DNA from: Candidatus Hydrogenedentota bacterium
Lineage (GTDB): Bacteria > Hydrogenedentota > Hydrogenedentia > Hydrogenedentales > SLHB01
Direction of reading: 5' to 3'
DNA: 64,000 nucleotides
Assembly (NCBI GenBank): GCA_963745075.1
Contig: CAVUWV010000027.1
Coordinates: 32,001 to 96,000 of the forward strand
Below are positions 40,253-50,635 of this stretch, in pieces (the stretch's first letter is position 1; every line of letters starts with the position of its first letter). Under the pieces are notes generated by a model. That model was not told the origin of the DNA. It searched no databases and saw nothing but the letters and a program-made list of their open reading frames with translations. The position numbers were made by a program, and so were the translations under genes.

Positions 40253-41054
40253 TTCCACCGTGGCACGGGCATTGACCATCGCCGGCAGCGATTCGGGAGG
40301 CGGCGCCGGAATCCAGGCCGACTTAAAGACCTTCGCTGCATTCGGGGTCTATGGCGCTTCCGCAATTACGTCCGTCACCGCCCAGAACACCGTCGGTGTC
40401 GGCGGGGTCCATGACCTTCCCGCGGAATTCGTAGCGCAACAGATCGACCTCGTCAGCCAGGATATCGGCGTGGATGCGGCGAAAACCGGCATGCTGTCCA
40501 ATGCCGCCATCGTGCGGGCCGTTGCGGAAAGTGTCTCGCGAAACCGGATCGTTCGGCTGGTCGTCGATCCGGTTATGGTCGCCAAGAGCGGCGATGCCCT
40601 GCTCCAAGAGGACGCCCGCCGGGCGGTAATCGAGATGATCGTGCCGTTAGCGTTCGTAATTACGCCGAACCTTCCCGAGGCGGAGTCTCTCTGCGGCATT
40701 TCGGTCACCAATCGCGATCGAATGGAAGAAGCGGCCCGAATCCTGCACGGCATGGGCGCGCGCTACGTGCTCGTCAAGGGCGGGCATCTGGAGTCCCGCG
40801 ACGCGACGGATCTCCTCTTTGACGGTGACACCGTGCGCACGTATTCTACAACGAGAATCAAGACAACCAATACACACGGCACCGGTTGCACCTACTCGGC
40901 CGCGATCGCAGCCTGCCTCGCACTCGGATGCGACGTGGCGCAGGCGGTGCAACGGGCTAAAGACTACCTGACCGGCGCAATTCGTCATTCCCTGCCACTT
41001 GGTTCCGGGCACGGGCCGCTGGACCACGGCTGGCAATCCCGCGGCGTTCATTAG
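40245..41054 (+). CDS. thiD: Hydroxymethylpyrimidine/phosphomethylpyrimidine kinase
   Basis: [50 protein letters not shown]. Confidence 0.96.
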   Translation: MPDSTVARALTIAGSDSGGGAGIQADLKTFAAFGVYGASAITSVTAQNTVGVGGVHDLPAEFVAQQIDLVSQDIGVDAAKTGMLSNAAIVRAVAESVSRNRIVRLVVDPVMVAKSGDALLQEDARRAVIEMIVPLAFVITPNLPEAESLCGISVTNRDRMEEAARILHGMGARYVLVKGGHLESRDATDLLFDGDTVRTYSTTRIKTTNTHGTGCTYSAAIAACLALGCDVAQAVQRAKDYLTGAIRHSLPLGSGHGPLDHGWQSRGVH

Positions 41055-41077
41055 AACAACGTTTCCCTTCGGTCGGG

Positions 41078-41740
41078 TTACGCGTCGCTCTCTGTGTGAA
41101 CCCACTTGATTGCATTCTGCACCAATTCCGTGGCGTTCTTCAGCCCGAGCTTTTCCTTGATATGTTCCCGGTAGGTCTCGATCGTCTTGACGCTGAGATT
41201 CAGCTTGGCCGCGATCTCGCGCGTCTTCAACCCTTGCCCAATCAGGGTGTAGACTTCCAACTCGCGGTCACTGAGACGGCTTACCGTCAGAATGCCCGCG
41301 GCGCCACGGTTGCCGACAAGATTCTGCATCAGGCGGGACGATAACTCCGAACTCAGATAAACGTTGCCTGCCAATACGCGCCGAATGGCATCGATGACTT
41401 TCGTCGGCGCCTCCCGTTTCATGATATATCCTTGCGCTCCGGCGCGTAACGCGCGCTCTGCGTAGAGATTCTCCTCATGCATCGACAGCACGAGGATTGG
41501 CGTGGTGTCCGACCGGGACCGCAGATTCTTGATGAGTGTGAGTCCGTTCATGTCCTCGAGCGACAGGTCCACCACCAGGATGTCCGCCTGTGTGCCGGAT
41601 AGGGACTCCATCGCTTGAAATCCGGACGCGGCCTGTCCGCAGACGTGGAGGCCGGCCTCTCTTCCGATGAGTTCCGCGAGGCCGTCGCGCACGATCGGGT
41701 GGTCATCGACAATAAATACGGAAGCTTTTTCTCCCTTCAT
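41078..41740 (-). CDS. NarL/LuxR-family response regulator
   Basis: IVDDHPIVR, VVDLSL, LSMH, GYIMK, LSDRELEV…LSVKTIETYR. Confidence 0.95.
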   Translation of the reverse strand: MKGEKASVFIVDDHPIVRDGLAELIGREAGLHVCGQAASGFQAMESLSGTQADILVVDLSLEDMNGLTLIKNLRSRSDTTPILVLSMHEENLYAERALRAGAQGYIMKREAPTKVIDAIRRVLAGNVYLSSELSSRLMQNLVGNRGAAGILTVSRLSDRELEVYTLIGQGLKTREIAAKLNLSVKTIETYREHIKEKLGLKNATELVQNAIKWVHTESDA

Positions 41741-44067
41741 TGAATCCCTCCAGTCGATGGTTTTTCGGCGAAATCGGCTTCGTGCTTGCCTAAATTCGCC
41801 GTACACGTCACACGCGTTCCTCCTTCCGGCCGCTTCTCGATGGTCAGTTTCCCTTCAATCATCCGCGCCCGGTACGCCATGATGCTGAGACCCAGCCCTT
41901 CGCCCGATTCCGGCCCGTTCGCAAACCCGGTCCCGTCATCGTCGATAACAAGCGTGATACCTCTGTTTTCGGAGGAAAGTCGAATCTCGATGGATGAAGG
42001 TGAACCGTGCTTTGCCGCATTGTTCAGCGCTTCCTGTGCAATCCGATACAGGTTCATGGCGGTGGAATTGTCGTCGACGAGCACCGGTTCCTCGCACACG
42101 AACCGGCTCGGTATTCCGTACACGTCTTGTGCCTGGCCCGACAATTCCTCCAACGCGGTCATCAATCCATTGGACTCGACCTGGACAGGATGCAGTCCCC
42201 TGGCCAAGCCACGGGTCATAGCGAGCGCTGTCGAGACCAAGCTCACGAGAGTCGCCGCGGTTTCCGATTCGGGAACCGCTTTCTTGCGTAACACCTGGGC
42301 CAGCGATTGCGCTTTGAACCCCATGCCGGTCAAATGCTGGCCAAGCCGATCGTGCAAGTCCTGTCCGATCCGGCGTTGCTCGCGGGCACTGATCTCCAGG
42401 ACTTGCTTCTCCAGCTTCCGCCGTTCCGTGACATCCATCCCTACGGCCCAAACCGCCCAACCGGGTATCGGAAACCGGCTTGATATGTTCGCCCAGGAGA
42501 TCGTTCGCACCGCGCCGTTCTTACAGGTGATTTGCCATTCCCAATCCCGAAAACCGGTATCGCGGCCGGACAGTTCGTCAAACATGCGTTGCCGATACGC
42601 CGCATCGGGATACAGCAATTCCAATGCGCGCGGATTCCCCACGATCTCTTCGGAAGAGTACCCCGTCACCCGCTCGCATTCCCGGTTCCAGACGATCACG
42701 TTGCCGACCTCGTCATAGGCGTCCAGCATTACCGGCATGTTTTCCAATACACGGCGCAACCGCTCCTCGCTCTCGCGTAGGGCCTGCTCGGCCTGTCTCC
42801 GCTGGGTGGTATCCAGCGCAACCAACAGGTAGGCGCGTTTACCCTCATAGTCGATCGTGCGGCATTGTAAATCGGCAAAACGTTCTTGCCCGCGTTTGTT
42901 GAAGAAACGCAGCTCCTGGCTCAGTTGGCCGCCCTCGCGGGTCAGTTGTTCCAGCCAGATGCGTACCGTGTCTTTGTCGTCTTCATGAAGGAAGAAGAAC
43001 AGATCCTTGTCCAGGATTTCTTCTCGATTGAATCCCGTGATTTCCTCGCCGCCGCGATTGGCGTACACAATGCGCGTGCCGTCATAAATCCCGACCGCGA
43101 CGGGAAGCAAATCGGCAAAGTCGCTGAACCGATCTTCGATCCGGATCAGCGCGGACTCCTTGCGTCGCCGGTCGATTGCGTTTGCGATGATCTGCGCCAC
43201 CGCTTCGAGCAGGCGAATATCCTCGTCGACCCAACTTCGCGTAGCGCGCACCGTGGCCAATCCGAGGAGCCCCAATACGCGGCGATTCATCTCCAGGGGA
43301 ACGACCAGAATGGAACGGATTCCCGCGCTGCGATATCGCGATTTCTCCGGCTCCGCCGCGTCGGGGAGATCTTCCACATCCGGCACGTACACATGCTGGA
43401 GGTTCTCGAACATTTGGTTCGCCCACGGAAAGTCGGCCACGTTGACGGCCGGAAATAAGTCCTTATGGGACGGTAGACCCGCTGCGCACCACTCATGCGC
43501 GAACGTGGCAAGGGTCTCCGCCTCGTCCAGTTCGAACAGAAAGCACCGTTCGACACCGGTAAACCGGCCGACCAGCGATACCGCTTCCCGTAGGGCGGTG
43601 TCGATCTCGCAGGAAGGGGTGTGAACGAGCCGGGAGGAAAGGTCGGTCAGCAGCGTCTCGAATTCGAGACGATACGCCAGGGCAGACGCAATTCGCTGAA
43701 GGGCGGCACGGGCATTCCGTAGCTCGAGCGCCATCCGGACCGCAGACCGTAACCCGACGGCATCACCTTCCATCACCTGAGACTGAACGCCCTCGAATGC
43801 TTCCGGATGGGACAAAGACGCAGGCAGGATCGCGATAATCGGTATGTCCGGGGGCAAGTCTACGTTCGCGTTCCAGACGCCCTTGCCGCTCATGCCACAC
43901 TCCAACACGATCAAATCGGGTCGCGGTTCGCCGGTCAGCCCCGCGGGCAACCCTTCGCCAATCGCATGGACGCGGATCGCTGCGTCCGTCTCGCGGAGCA
44001 CCTTATTCGCAAAAGAACGGGCAGAATCCCCTTCGCTGAAGATCGTGACTCGTGGCTTCTCGTGCAT
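41737..44067 (-). CDS. Cytoplasmic sensor histidine kinase (pseudo-receiver, GAF, 2x PAS, HisKA_3, HATPase)
   Basis: HEWCAAG (GAF), WNRECERVTGY (PAS), EQRRIGQDLHD, LYRIAQEALNNAAKH, DDGTG, GLGL. No TM helix. Confidence 0.93.
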   Translation of the reverse strand: MHEKPRVTIFSEGDSARSFANKVLRETDAAIRVHAIGEGLPAGLTGEPRPDLIVLECGMSGKGVWNANVDLPPDIPIIAILPASLSHPEAFEGVQSQVMEGDAVGLRSAVRMALELRNARAALQRIASALAYRLEFETLLTDLSSRLVHTPSCEIDTALREAVSLVGRFTGVERCFLFELDEAETLATFAHEWCAAGLPSHKDLFPAVNVADFPWANQMFENLQHVYVPDVEDLPDAAEPEKSRYRSAGIRSILVVPLEMNRRVLGLLGLATVRATRSWVDEDIRLLEAVAQIIANAIDRRRKESALIRIEDRFSDFADLLPVAVGIYDGTRIVYANRGGEEITGFNREEILDKDLFFFLHEDDKDTVRIWLEQLTREGGQLSQELRFFNKRGQERFADLQCRTIDYEGKRAYLLVALDTTQRRQAEQALRESEERLRRVLENMPVMLDAYDEVGNVIVWNRECERVTGYSSEEIVGNPRALELLYPDAAYRQRMFDELSGRDTGFRDWEWQITCKNGAVRTISWANISSRFPIPGWAVWAVGMDVTERRKLEKQVLEISAREQRRIGQDLHDRLGQHLTGMGFKAQSLAQVLRKKAVPESETAATLVSLVSTALAMTRGLARGLHPVQVESNGLMTALEELSGQAQDVYGIPSRFVCEEPVLVDDNSTAMNLYRIAQEALNNAAKHGSPSSIEIRLSSENRGITLVIDDDGTGFANGPESGEGLGLSIMAYRARMIEGKLTIEKRPEGGTRVTCTANLGKHEADFAEKPSTGGIQ

Positions 44068-44207
44068 GACGGTTCCTGTCGCCTAATGCGTCGCATGCCC
44101 CGTGACCGAATACTGGGTAAGGTGTCGTGCGATCCATTACAATGCGGCCATGAACGCACTGCCAAGAAAGAAAAGAAACTTCCAACCACCGGACCGCACG
44201 CTTACGC

Positions 44208-45026
44208 ATGTTTGAGACATACCGATTTCCGCCCGATTATCTCACGTTTTGGCATATCGGCGCGAGAATGGGCATCGGCCCCGTTCGGCGGTTCCTCCGG
44301 CGGATGCGGCGCTCCGGCCATGTTCGGCTCCTCGACATTGGATCCGGCGCCGGTTCGAATTCTCTCCTTGCCGCTGTCGAAGGCATGACCGTGGTGAGCT
44401 GCGACCTTTCGTCTGACAGCCTCGCCGAAACGCGTCGGGTGGCGCATCGACTTGGGACTGCGGCGCGAAACGTCGCGGTGAGGGGCGATTCCTGTTTGTT
44501 GCCGTTTTCATGCGAGTCGTTTGACATAGCGATCGCGTCGCATATTATCGAACATCTCGATTCACCGACCTTGCTTCTGTCCGAAATCCACCGTGTCCTT
44601 CGGCCGGGCGGCATGCTGCGGCTCTCGTGTCCGTCCACCGCTCACGCCATGCGTATCAGCCGCTGGTTCAGGTTGCGACTCGACCCCGAAGACCACAAGG
44701 TCGAGGGCTACGGCACGACGGACATCGTCAATATGCTGCCGTCCGGCTTGAGCCTGCGTCGCTGCACCTACCAGGGTCGATTCTTCGAGAGCAACATCGC
44801 CGATTGCCAACACGTAGTCTCCCGCTGGCTCGGGATGCGTGCGAACCCCATCGGCGATGCGCCAGCGGCCGCTCCCTCGGGGGCCGGGCCGTCGTTCAAG
44901 CTCCGGGCCGCGTGGGTGGCGAAAGAATTCGTCCTGCTTCCGGCGCTCGCCTTGTGCACGTTGGAGGACATGCTATGCTTCTTCGTGCGGGGCAGCATGA
45001 TCTCACTCGAAATCGAAAAGGAATAG
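44208..45026 (+). CDS. Class I SAM-dependent methyltransferase
   Basis: LLDIGSGAG, LPFSCESFD, IIEHL, RVLRPGG. Confidence 0.9.
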   Translation: MFETYRFPPDYLTFWHIGARMGIGPVRRFLRRMRRSGHVRLLDIGSGAGSNSLLAAVEGMTVVSCDLSSDSLAETRRVAHRLGTAARNVAVRGDSCLLPFSCESFDIAIASHIIEHLDSPTLLLSEIHRVLRPGGMLRLSCPSTAHAMRISRWFRLRLDPEDHKVEGYGTTDIVNMLPSGLSLRRCTYQGRFFESNIADCQHVVSRWLGMRANPIGDAPAAAPSGAGPSFKLRAAWVAKEFVLLPALALCTLEDMLCFFVRGSMISLEIEKE

Positions 45027-45096
45027 GTCCACCGATGCGAATGAACCCTGGGAAAACAGCGTCGACCGTGCTGTCGATGACTGGACCGGCCCACTG

Positions 45097-46647
45097 ATGT
45101 CCGTACCGGATTTGACAGCTTCCGATGTACCCCGCGAACATGGCCCGATGTGGGAGCGCGCCATCGTCGCCTTCGCCGCATGCTTGGCGCTGATTCTCGG
45201 GTTCTCCAACCTCTCGCTCCCCAGCCTCTGGCATGACGAACTGATCCACGTATTCGTCGCAAAGGGCATCCTTCAAAACGGATTGCCGCACCTGCCGAGC
45301 GGACGGATATTTACCGAAGGCACCCTCTATAACTATCTCCTCGCCCTGCAAATCCTGATCTTTGGCGATGGTGAGTTCGCCGTGCGCGCGCCGTCGGTTG
45401 TGTTTGCTGGCGCGAACGTCGTGCTGACCTACGTGCTGCTTCGCCGTATTCTGGGAGGACCCACGGCCGTCGTGGCGGCCTGCGCTCTCACGTTGTCGCC
45501 CTGGAGCGTCGCGTGGGCCCGCCAAGCCCGGTTTTACTCCCTCCAGCAAACGATGTTCCTCGTGACCATGTACGCGCTTTGGCGCGCCACCGAGGCCCGG
45601 GATGGCAGGGGAGTCCTGAAGTGGGGGATAGGCGCGCTGCTCGGCTATGTGGCCGGCCTGCTGACCGGTCCCCATTCCATATTCTTCCTGGGTCCCGCCG
45701 GGGTGTACCTCGGCATTCGATTCCTGCAAAGCCGGAAACTGAAATCGCGCTGGACCGTTCTGCTCGGCACGGTCATTGTTCTCGGCGTATTGACGTTGGC
45801 CGGCCACGCGCTCACGTTGCCCAAGGCCGAGTTCGACGCCATATTCAAAGAGGCCCAGATCGGCGGAAAACCGCCCGACATGCGCGACCACGACCAGTCG
45901 GACATGCTCTACTACTTCCGGTTCTTCACAAACAATCTCAGTACCGGCTACTTCCTGCTGGCCTGCGTGGGATTCCTGTGGATGGCCGGCCGCGAAGGGC
46001 GACGCGGGGTGTATGTCGCCCTGGCTTTTCTCGTGCCGATTCTGGTCCTCAACTTCCTCATTGGATACCGGCGGCACCGTTTCATCTTCTTCGCCTACCC
46101 CTTCTATGTCGCGGCCTTCTCTTACGCCTTGGTACGGTGCGCCGCGTTTCTCGCGACGGCACGGCGATCCTGGATACGAATGGCCGCGGCGCTGCTGATC
46201 TTGGTGTTTTCGGCGCGGCTGGCCTTGTCTACCATCCGTCTCCTGGGGGACACGCTTCGCGTCGCGGAAGGCGACAACGTGACCCTCGCGGTCGCGCATC
46301 CGCAGTGGCGCAAGCCGTGCACCTATGTCCGCGACCATCTCGACGATGCCGTTGTCTTGACCACGACCTACATCACGACGCTCTACTATGTCGGGCGCGT
46401 CGACAATTGGTATCCCAGCCGGGTCATCGTGTGGGAATATATCGAGTCCGGCATGGACGGGCTCGATACGCTGGACGACCTGAAAGCGTATGTCCGCGCG
46501 CATCCCAAGGGCTATTTCATCGTCCACTCCTGGCGTTTTCACCACTGGCCCGTTTTCAACGACGACAAAGCCTGGGTGGAATCCCACATGAAGCGGATCG
46601 ACGAGGCGTGCAGCGACGATGTATTCGTGTATTCCTGGGGGATGTAA
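45097..46647 (+). CDS. GT-C fold (ArnT/PMT-like) membrane glycosyltransferase
   Basis: SLWHDE, GDGEFAVRAPS, SPWSVAWARQARFYSL; many TM helices. Confidence 0.85.
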   Translation: MSVPDLTASDVPREHGPMWERAIVAFAACLALILGFSNLSLPSLWHDELIHVFVAKGILQNGLPHLPSGRIFTEGTLYNYLLALQILIFGDGEFAVRAPSVVFAGANVVLTYVLLRRILGGPTAVVAACALTLSPWSVAWARQARFYSLQQTMFLVTMYALWRATEARDGRGVLKWGIGALLGYVAGLLTGPHSIFFLGPAGVYLGIRFLQSRKLKSRWTVLLGTVIVLGVLTLAGHALTLPKAEFDAIFKEAQIGGKPPDMRDHDQSDMLYYFRFFTNNLSTGYFLLACVGFLWMAGREGRRGVYVALAFLVPILVLNFLIGYRRHRFIFFAYPFYVAAFSYALVRCAAFLATARRSWIRMAAALLILVFSARLALSTIRLLGDTLRVAEGDNVTLAVAHPQWRKPCTYVRDHLDDAVVLTTTYITTLYYVGRVDNWYPSRVIVWEYIESGMDGLDTLDDLKAYVRAHPKGYFIVHSWRFHHWPVFNDDKAWVESHMKRIDEACSDDVFVYSWGM

Positions 46648-46780
46648 GCGCGTGTTTCAAAAGTGGTCCCGGTGCTGTCCAAAAAGCAAAGAATCAAATT
46701 GTGGTGCGGACTTCCAGCCTGCTCCCGAGGCAAGTAGCTCCCCGGGATGACGACAAGAGCCCTACTTCTGAAACACGCAC
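46648..46780. mobile_element. MITE-like element (133 bp) with 17-bp terminal inverted repeats and TAA direct repeats
   Basis: TAA-GCGCGTGTTTCAAAAGT … ACTTCTGAAACACGCAC-TAA (15/17 match); no coding capacity. Confidence 0.7.
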
Positions 46781-46879
46781 TAAGACCGTGGCAGGGGGCG
46801 GGAGCGGTCGAGTAGAATAGCCGCGCTCCTTCGCCTACTATGGGGTGGCAGGGACCAAATCAATCGGAAACCAAAGACG

Positions 46880-47575
46880 TTGGACTACGCTAAAAACTAC
46901 GAACGCTGTTGCCTGGAATCGACCAACGCCCTCCAGCGCTGGTTCATGAACGTCATGACGCGCAAAGCGGAGGCGATCGGGCAGAAGAGCCACAAGATCT
47001 GGTCGCTGAAATACGTCATCGACGAGTATTTCCAGGGCACGGACGGACTCCGGGTGCTCGATTGCGGCGCTTGGAACGGCTGGTTTCTCAGCTACCAAAG
47101 CCCCCAAATCGCCCAGCGAATCGCGCTCGATTTCGATGCCCATTACGGGCCTCAACTTCTCGAAGAAGGCATCGACGTTGTGCTCGCCGATATGGAGAAA
47201 GGGAACTTCCCCTTCGGCGACAACGCCATCGATTTGCTCGCCATGACGAGCACGCTGGAGCACCTCGGTTGCCCCGAGAAAATTGCTACCGAGATCCGGC
47301 GAGTCCTCAAGCCCGGCGGGATCGTCTTCATTACGGTGCCGGACATCATGAAGTACAAATTCCGCTTCTGGAACGACATCACCCACAAGCGCCCCTTCAC
47401 CCGCGGCGCATTGGAGTTCCTGTTCCAAACGCACGGCCTGACGACCCTCGAACTTTGTTCCTACAACCACAACCTGTTCATCGCGGGCAATCTTTTCCCG
47501 AAACCGTTACATCACTTCCTCATGCGGTTTCGGGGGGACGCCTTGCTGTACATCGGCAGGAAACCGGCCTCGTGA
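46880..47575 (+). CDS. Class I SAM-dependent methyltransferase (start uncertain)
   Basis: VLDCGAWNG, FPFGDNAID, TLEHL, RVLKPGG…VP. Confidence 0.88.
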   Translation: MDYAKNYERCCLESTNALQRWFMNVMTRKAEAIGQKSHKIWSLKYVIDEYFQGTDGLRVLDCGAWNGWFLSYQSPQIAQRIALDFDAHYGPQLLEEGIDVVLADMEKGNFPFGDNAIDLLAMTSTLEHLGCPEKIATEIRRVLKPGGIVFITVPDIMKYKFRFWNDITHKRPFTRGALEFLFQTHGLTTLELCSYNHNLFIAGNLFPKPLHHFLMRFRGDALLYIGRKPAS

Positions 47576-48276
47576 AGCGGCCCCAGTCCGCCCTCTTCGA
47601 CCGGCTGGCCGCCGGTGATAGTCTTTACACGTATCCCAGGGAATCCCTCGAACAACTAAATGCGCTGGTCTCCACGAAAGGGCGGACCCTCGACGTGGGG
47701 TGCGGCGACGGCGCCATACCCGAAGCCTTCAAGGCGGACTTTGTTGCCGGTTTCGATGTTTCATTTCGTTGCGCCGAACTGGCCCGAAATCGAGGGATCC
47801 GCGCAGCCGTCGCCGATGCCGTCTCGGGTCTGCCGTTCGCGAATGAAACGTTTGATACGATCTATTGCGTAGACGTCTTGCACCACCTCGAACGGCAATG
47901 GGAGTCCGTCTTCGCCGAGTTGGACCGGGTCCTCCGGCTAGAGGGGACCCTGGCTATCGTGGAACCGGACGCGCGCAATGCCTTCGTTCGATGGACCCAG
48001 GCCCCGAATTCACCAATTCGGGTCGCGCCGTTCGACAACGAACCCGCGATTGATCCCGCCGAACTGGTCCCGCACCTCGAGCGACGCGGATACGCGATTT
48101 CTCTGCGGTCGATTCACATCGAGGGAGAACAGGTCGAACGTTCCGTTTTCCCGCTCTGGCAGCGGCTCGCCAAGGCCCCCTTTACGCTGGCGTTGGCCCG
48201 GTGGTATCGCAACGTACCGAACAAATTTGCCATCATAGCCCGGAAACCGGGGTGTGGGGGCGCGGCGACGGACTGA
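47572..48276 (+). CDS. Class I SAM-dependent methyltransferase
   Basis: LDVGCGDG, LPFANETFD, VLHHL, RVLR. GTGA overlap with the upstream gene. Confidence 0.9.
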   Translation: MKRPQSALFDRLAAGDSLYTYPRESLEQLNALVSTKGRTLDVGCGDGAIPEAFKADFVAGFDVSFRCAELARNRGIRAAVADAVSGLPFANETFDTIYCVDVLHHLERQWESVFAELDRVLRLEGTLAIVEPDARNAFVRWTQAPNSPIRVAPFDNEPAIDPAELVPHLERRGYAISLRSIHIEGEQVERSVFPLWQRLAKAPFTLALARWYRNVPNKFAIIARKPGCGGAATD

Positions 48277-48278
48277 AG

Positions 48279-48995
48279 ATGCAAACGGCTTTCAAAAACA
48301 AAACGATTCTCATCACCGGCGCTACGGGCACGGTCGGCAGCGGATTGGCGCGACATTTTGCGGCGCGCGGTGCGGAACTGATTCTCACGGCGCGAAACCT
48401 GGCGCGGCTCCAGGCGTTGGCTGACGACATCGGGGCTGGGAAAGTCCGCGTTCGTTGCGTGGCCGCGGACCTCTCACATGCGGCTTCGCTCGAAACGCTC
48501 ACGAAAACGATTCTGGAATCTTGTCCGCATGTGGATATTCTCATCAACAACGCCGCAGACGTGACCTCCAAACCCTTGATGGAAACTGCCCTCGACGAAA
48601 TCGATCGGCAAATTCGTACGAACGTTACGGGGCCCCTTCAGCTATGCCGCCTGATGGTTCCCGTGATGACCGACGGGGACCGAGTGATCGTCAACATTTC
48701 GTCTCTGGCGGGCTACAAGCCCAACCCGGCCCAAACCGTGTATAGTGTGTCCAAAGCCGGAATCAACGCCGTCTCCGAGGCGTTGCGAGCTGAACTGAGT
48801 TCCCGTGGTTTCCACGTCGTGAACGTGGCCCTGATGGGCATCGGAACCGGACCGGGGCAGGTTTCCGTAGAAACTTTCGCGGCGCGATTGCAGCGTTCGA
48901 TTTCGCGCCGCGAGCATGAGTTGTTTCTGTACCGGCGGACGAAATGGTTAATGCGATTGTACGGGATGTTCCCGATGTTGGCGCGCATGCGCTGA
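48279..48995 (+). CDS. Short-chain dehydrogenase/reductase
   Basis: ILITGATGTVG, DILINNA, IVNISS, YSVSK. Confidence 0.92.
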   Translation: MQTAFKNKTILITGATGTVGSGLARHFAARGAELILTARNLARLQALADDIGAGKVRVRCVAADLSHAASLETLTKTILESCPHVDILINNAADVTSKPLMETALDEIDRQIRTNVTGPLQLCRLMVPVMTDGDRVIVNISSLAGYKPNPAQTVYSVSKAGINAVSEALRAELSSRGFHVVNVALMGIGTGPGQVSVETFAARLQRSISRREHELFLYRRTKWLMRLYGMFPMLARMR

Positions 48996-49017
48996 ACGAA
49001 GAAAGGACGATGACGGC

Positions 49018-50043
49018 ATGCATTCCAGTGAGAAGGTGGGGGTTCTACTCATCAACACCGGGTCCACCGCCGCCCCGCGTACGGCCGAAACCCGCGCCTA
49101 CTTGCGGGAATTCCTATCGGACCCGCGCGTCCTCGACATCAATCCCGCCGCACGCTGGCTCCTTCTGAACGCCATCATCCTGCCGACACGGCCCAAGAAT
49201 TCCGCCCACGCGTATAGCCAGATCTGGACCGAGAAGGGATCGCCCCTCGTAGTCATTACGCGAGAATTGATGGCGGCGTTGCAGAAACGGATGCCGGAGA
49301 CGGAGTTCGCCATCGGCATGCGCTACGGCGAACCTTCCATTGAAAGCGGATTGTATGAACTCGCCGAGAAGAACGTCGACCGCATTATCCTCGCGCACCA
49401 GTTCCCCCAGTATTCGTCCGCTGCAAACGGATCCGCTCTGGAACTCGCATACAAGTTGGCCGGAAAACTCTGGAACGTTCCCGCGCTGTCCGCGTTGCCG
49501 CCCTTTTACGATGACCCCGGATTTATCGAATCCTGGGGCGCGGTCAGCGAGCCAATCCTGGAGTCATTCCAACCGGACTTCGTTCTGATGAGCTACCACG
49601 GGCTGCCGGAGCGCCACGTGAAAAAGAGCGACACGACCGGCGATCACTGCCTCCAATCGGACGATTGCTGCGACGCCATCGGTCCCGCCAACAAATGGTG
49701 TTATCGAGCCCACTGCTATGCGACCAGCCGGTTGATTGCGCTGCGACTCGGATTGGGTCCCGACGACTACGGCGTTTCGTTTCAATCCCGCCTCGGGCGG
49801 GACCCCTGGATTCAACCGCCTACCGACATTGTCATTCCCGACCTGCCGAAGCAAGGCGTTAAACGGCTGGCCGTCATGTGCCCGTCCTTTGCGGCGGACT
49901 GTCTCGAGACGCTCGAAGAGATCGGCCTCCGCGCCAAGAGCGATTTCCTCACCGCGGGCGGCGAAGCGTTCCAATTCATCCCCTGCCTCAACAGCCACGC
50001 GACGTGGGTTGATGCCCTGGCCCGCATGTTGCAGCGAATCTGA
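49018..50043 (+). CDS. hemH: Ferrochelatase
   Basis: GVLLINTG, YLREFLSDPRV, GSPL, GMRYGEP, SYHGLP, FQSRLG, FAADCLETLEEI, IPCLN. Confidence 0.96.
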   Translation: MHSSEKVGVLLINTGSTAAPRTAETRAYLREFLSDPRVLDINPAARWLLLNAIILPTRPKNSAHAYSQIWTEKGSPLVVITRELMAALQKRMPETEFAIGMRYGEPSIESGLYELAEKNVDRIILAHQFPQYSSAANGSALELAYKLAGKLWNVPALSALPPFYDDPGFIESWGAVSEPILESFQPDFVLMSYHGLPERHVKKSDTTGDHCLQSDDCCDAIGPANKWCYRAHCYATSRLIALRLGLGPDDYGVSFQSRLGRDPWIQPPTDIVIPDLPKQGVKRLAVMCPSFAADCLETLEEIGLRAKSDFLTAGGEAFQFIPCLNSHATWVDALARMLQRI

Positions 50044-50156
50044 TACCGGAGGGAATCGGATGGATCCGGCCGATCGGTCCGATCCGGAAAAAGCGAACGC
50101 GGACCAAAGCCTCCGTGCCTCAGCCCGCGTCCTGAATACGTAGTGACTGTGAGTGG

Positions 50157-50609
50157 TCAGCCCTGTACGTTAATGATGCCTGAACCGTGTTGGTTGACCT
50201 GTGCCTTCATGGCAATGGGCGCCTCCTCTCGCGTCAGCTTGTCAAAGGCATCATGCCACGTATCCCGCATTCCGGCAAGATGGTCGATCGCTTCGTCCAG
50301 CGGCGCCACGTCTTTCCGGATGTTCGCCTTGATCAGCAAATGCTGAAAGTATTCGTAGACCCGATCCAGGTTGCGCGCCAGATCGCCGCCCACCTTCATG
50401 TTTAACGCACCCCGCAGCTCGGCAATGATATCCTGTGCGCGCAGCAGATTGTTGTGCACGCCTTCCGTTTTGCCGCGGGACAGTTGCCGCTTGGCCTCTT
50501 CCGCCCGCTGGATCGCGCCGTTGAACAGCATGACAATCAGCTTGCCCTGCGATGCCGTCTCAACGTTTACCTTCTGATACGCGCCATAGTTCGCGGCAGT
50601 GTTGGTCAT
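50157..50609 (-). CDS. fliS: Flagellin export chaperone FliS
   Basis: YQKVNVETASQGKLIVMLFNGAI, AQDIIAEL, NLDRVYEY. Confidence 0.93.
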   Translation of the reverse strand: MTNTAANYGAYQKVNVETASQGKLIVMLFNGAIQRAEEAKRQLSRGKTEGVHNNLLRAQDIIAELRGALNMKVGGDLARNLDRVYEYFQHLLIKANIRKDVAPLDEAIDHLAGMRDTWHDAFDKLTREEAPIAMKAQVNQHGSGIINVQG

Positions 50610-50635
50610 ACCCGTTTCTCCCTTCAACGTGTTGT

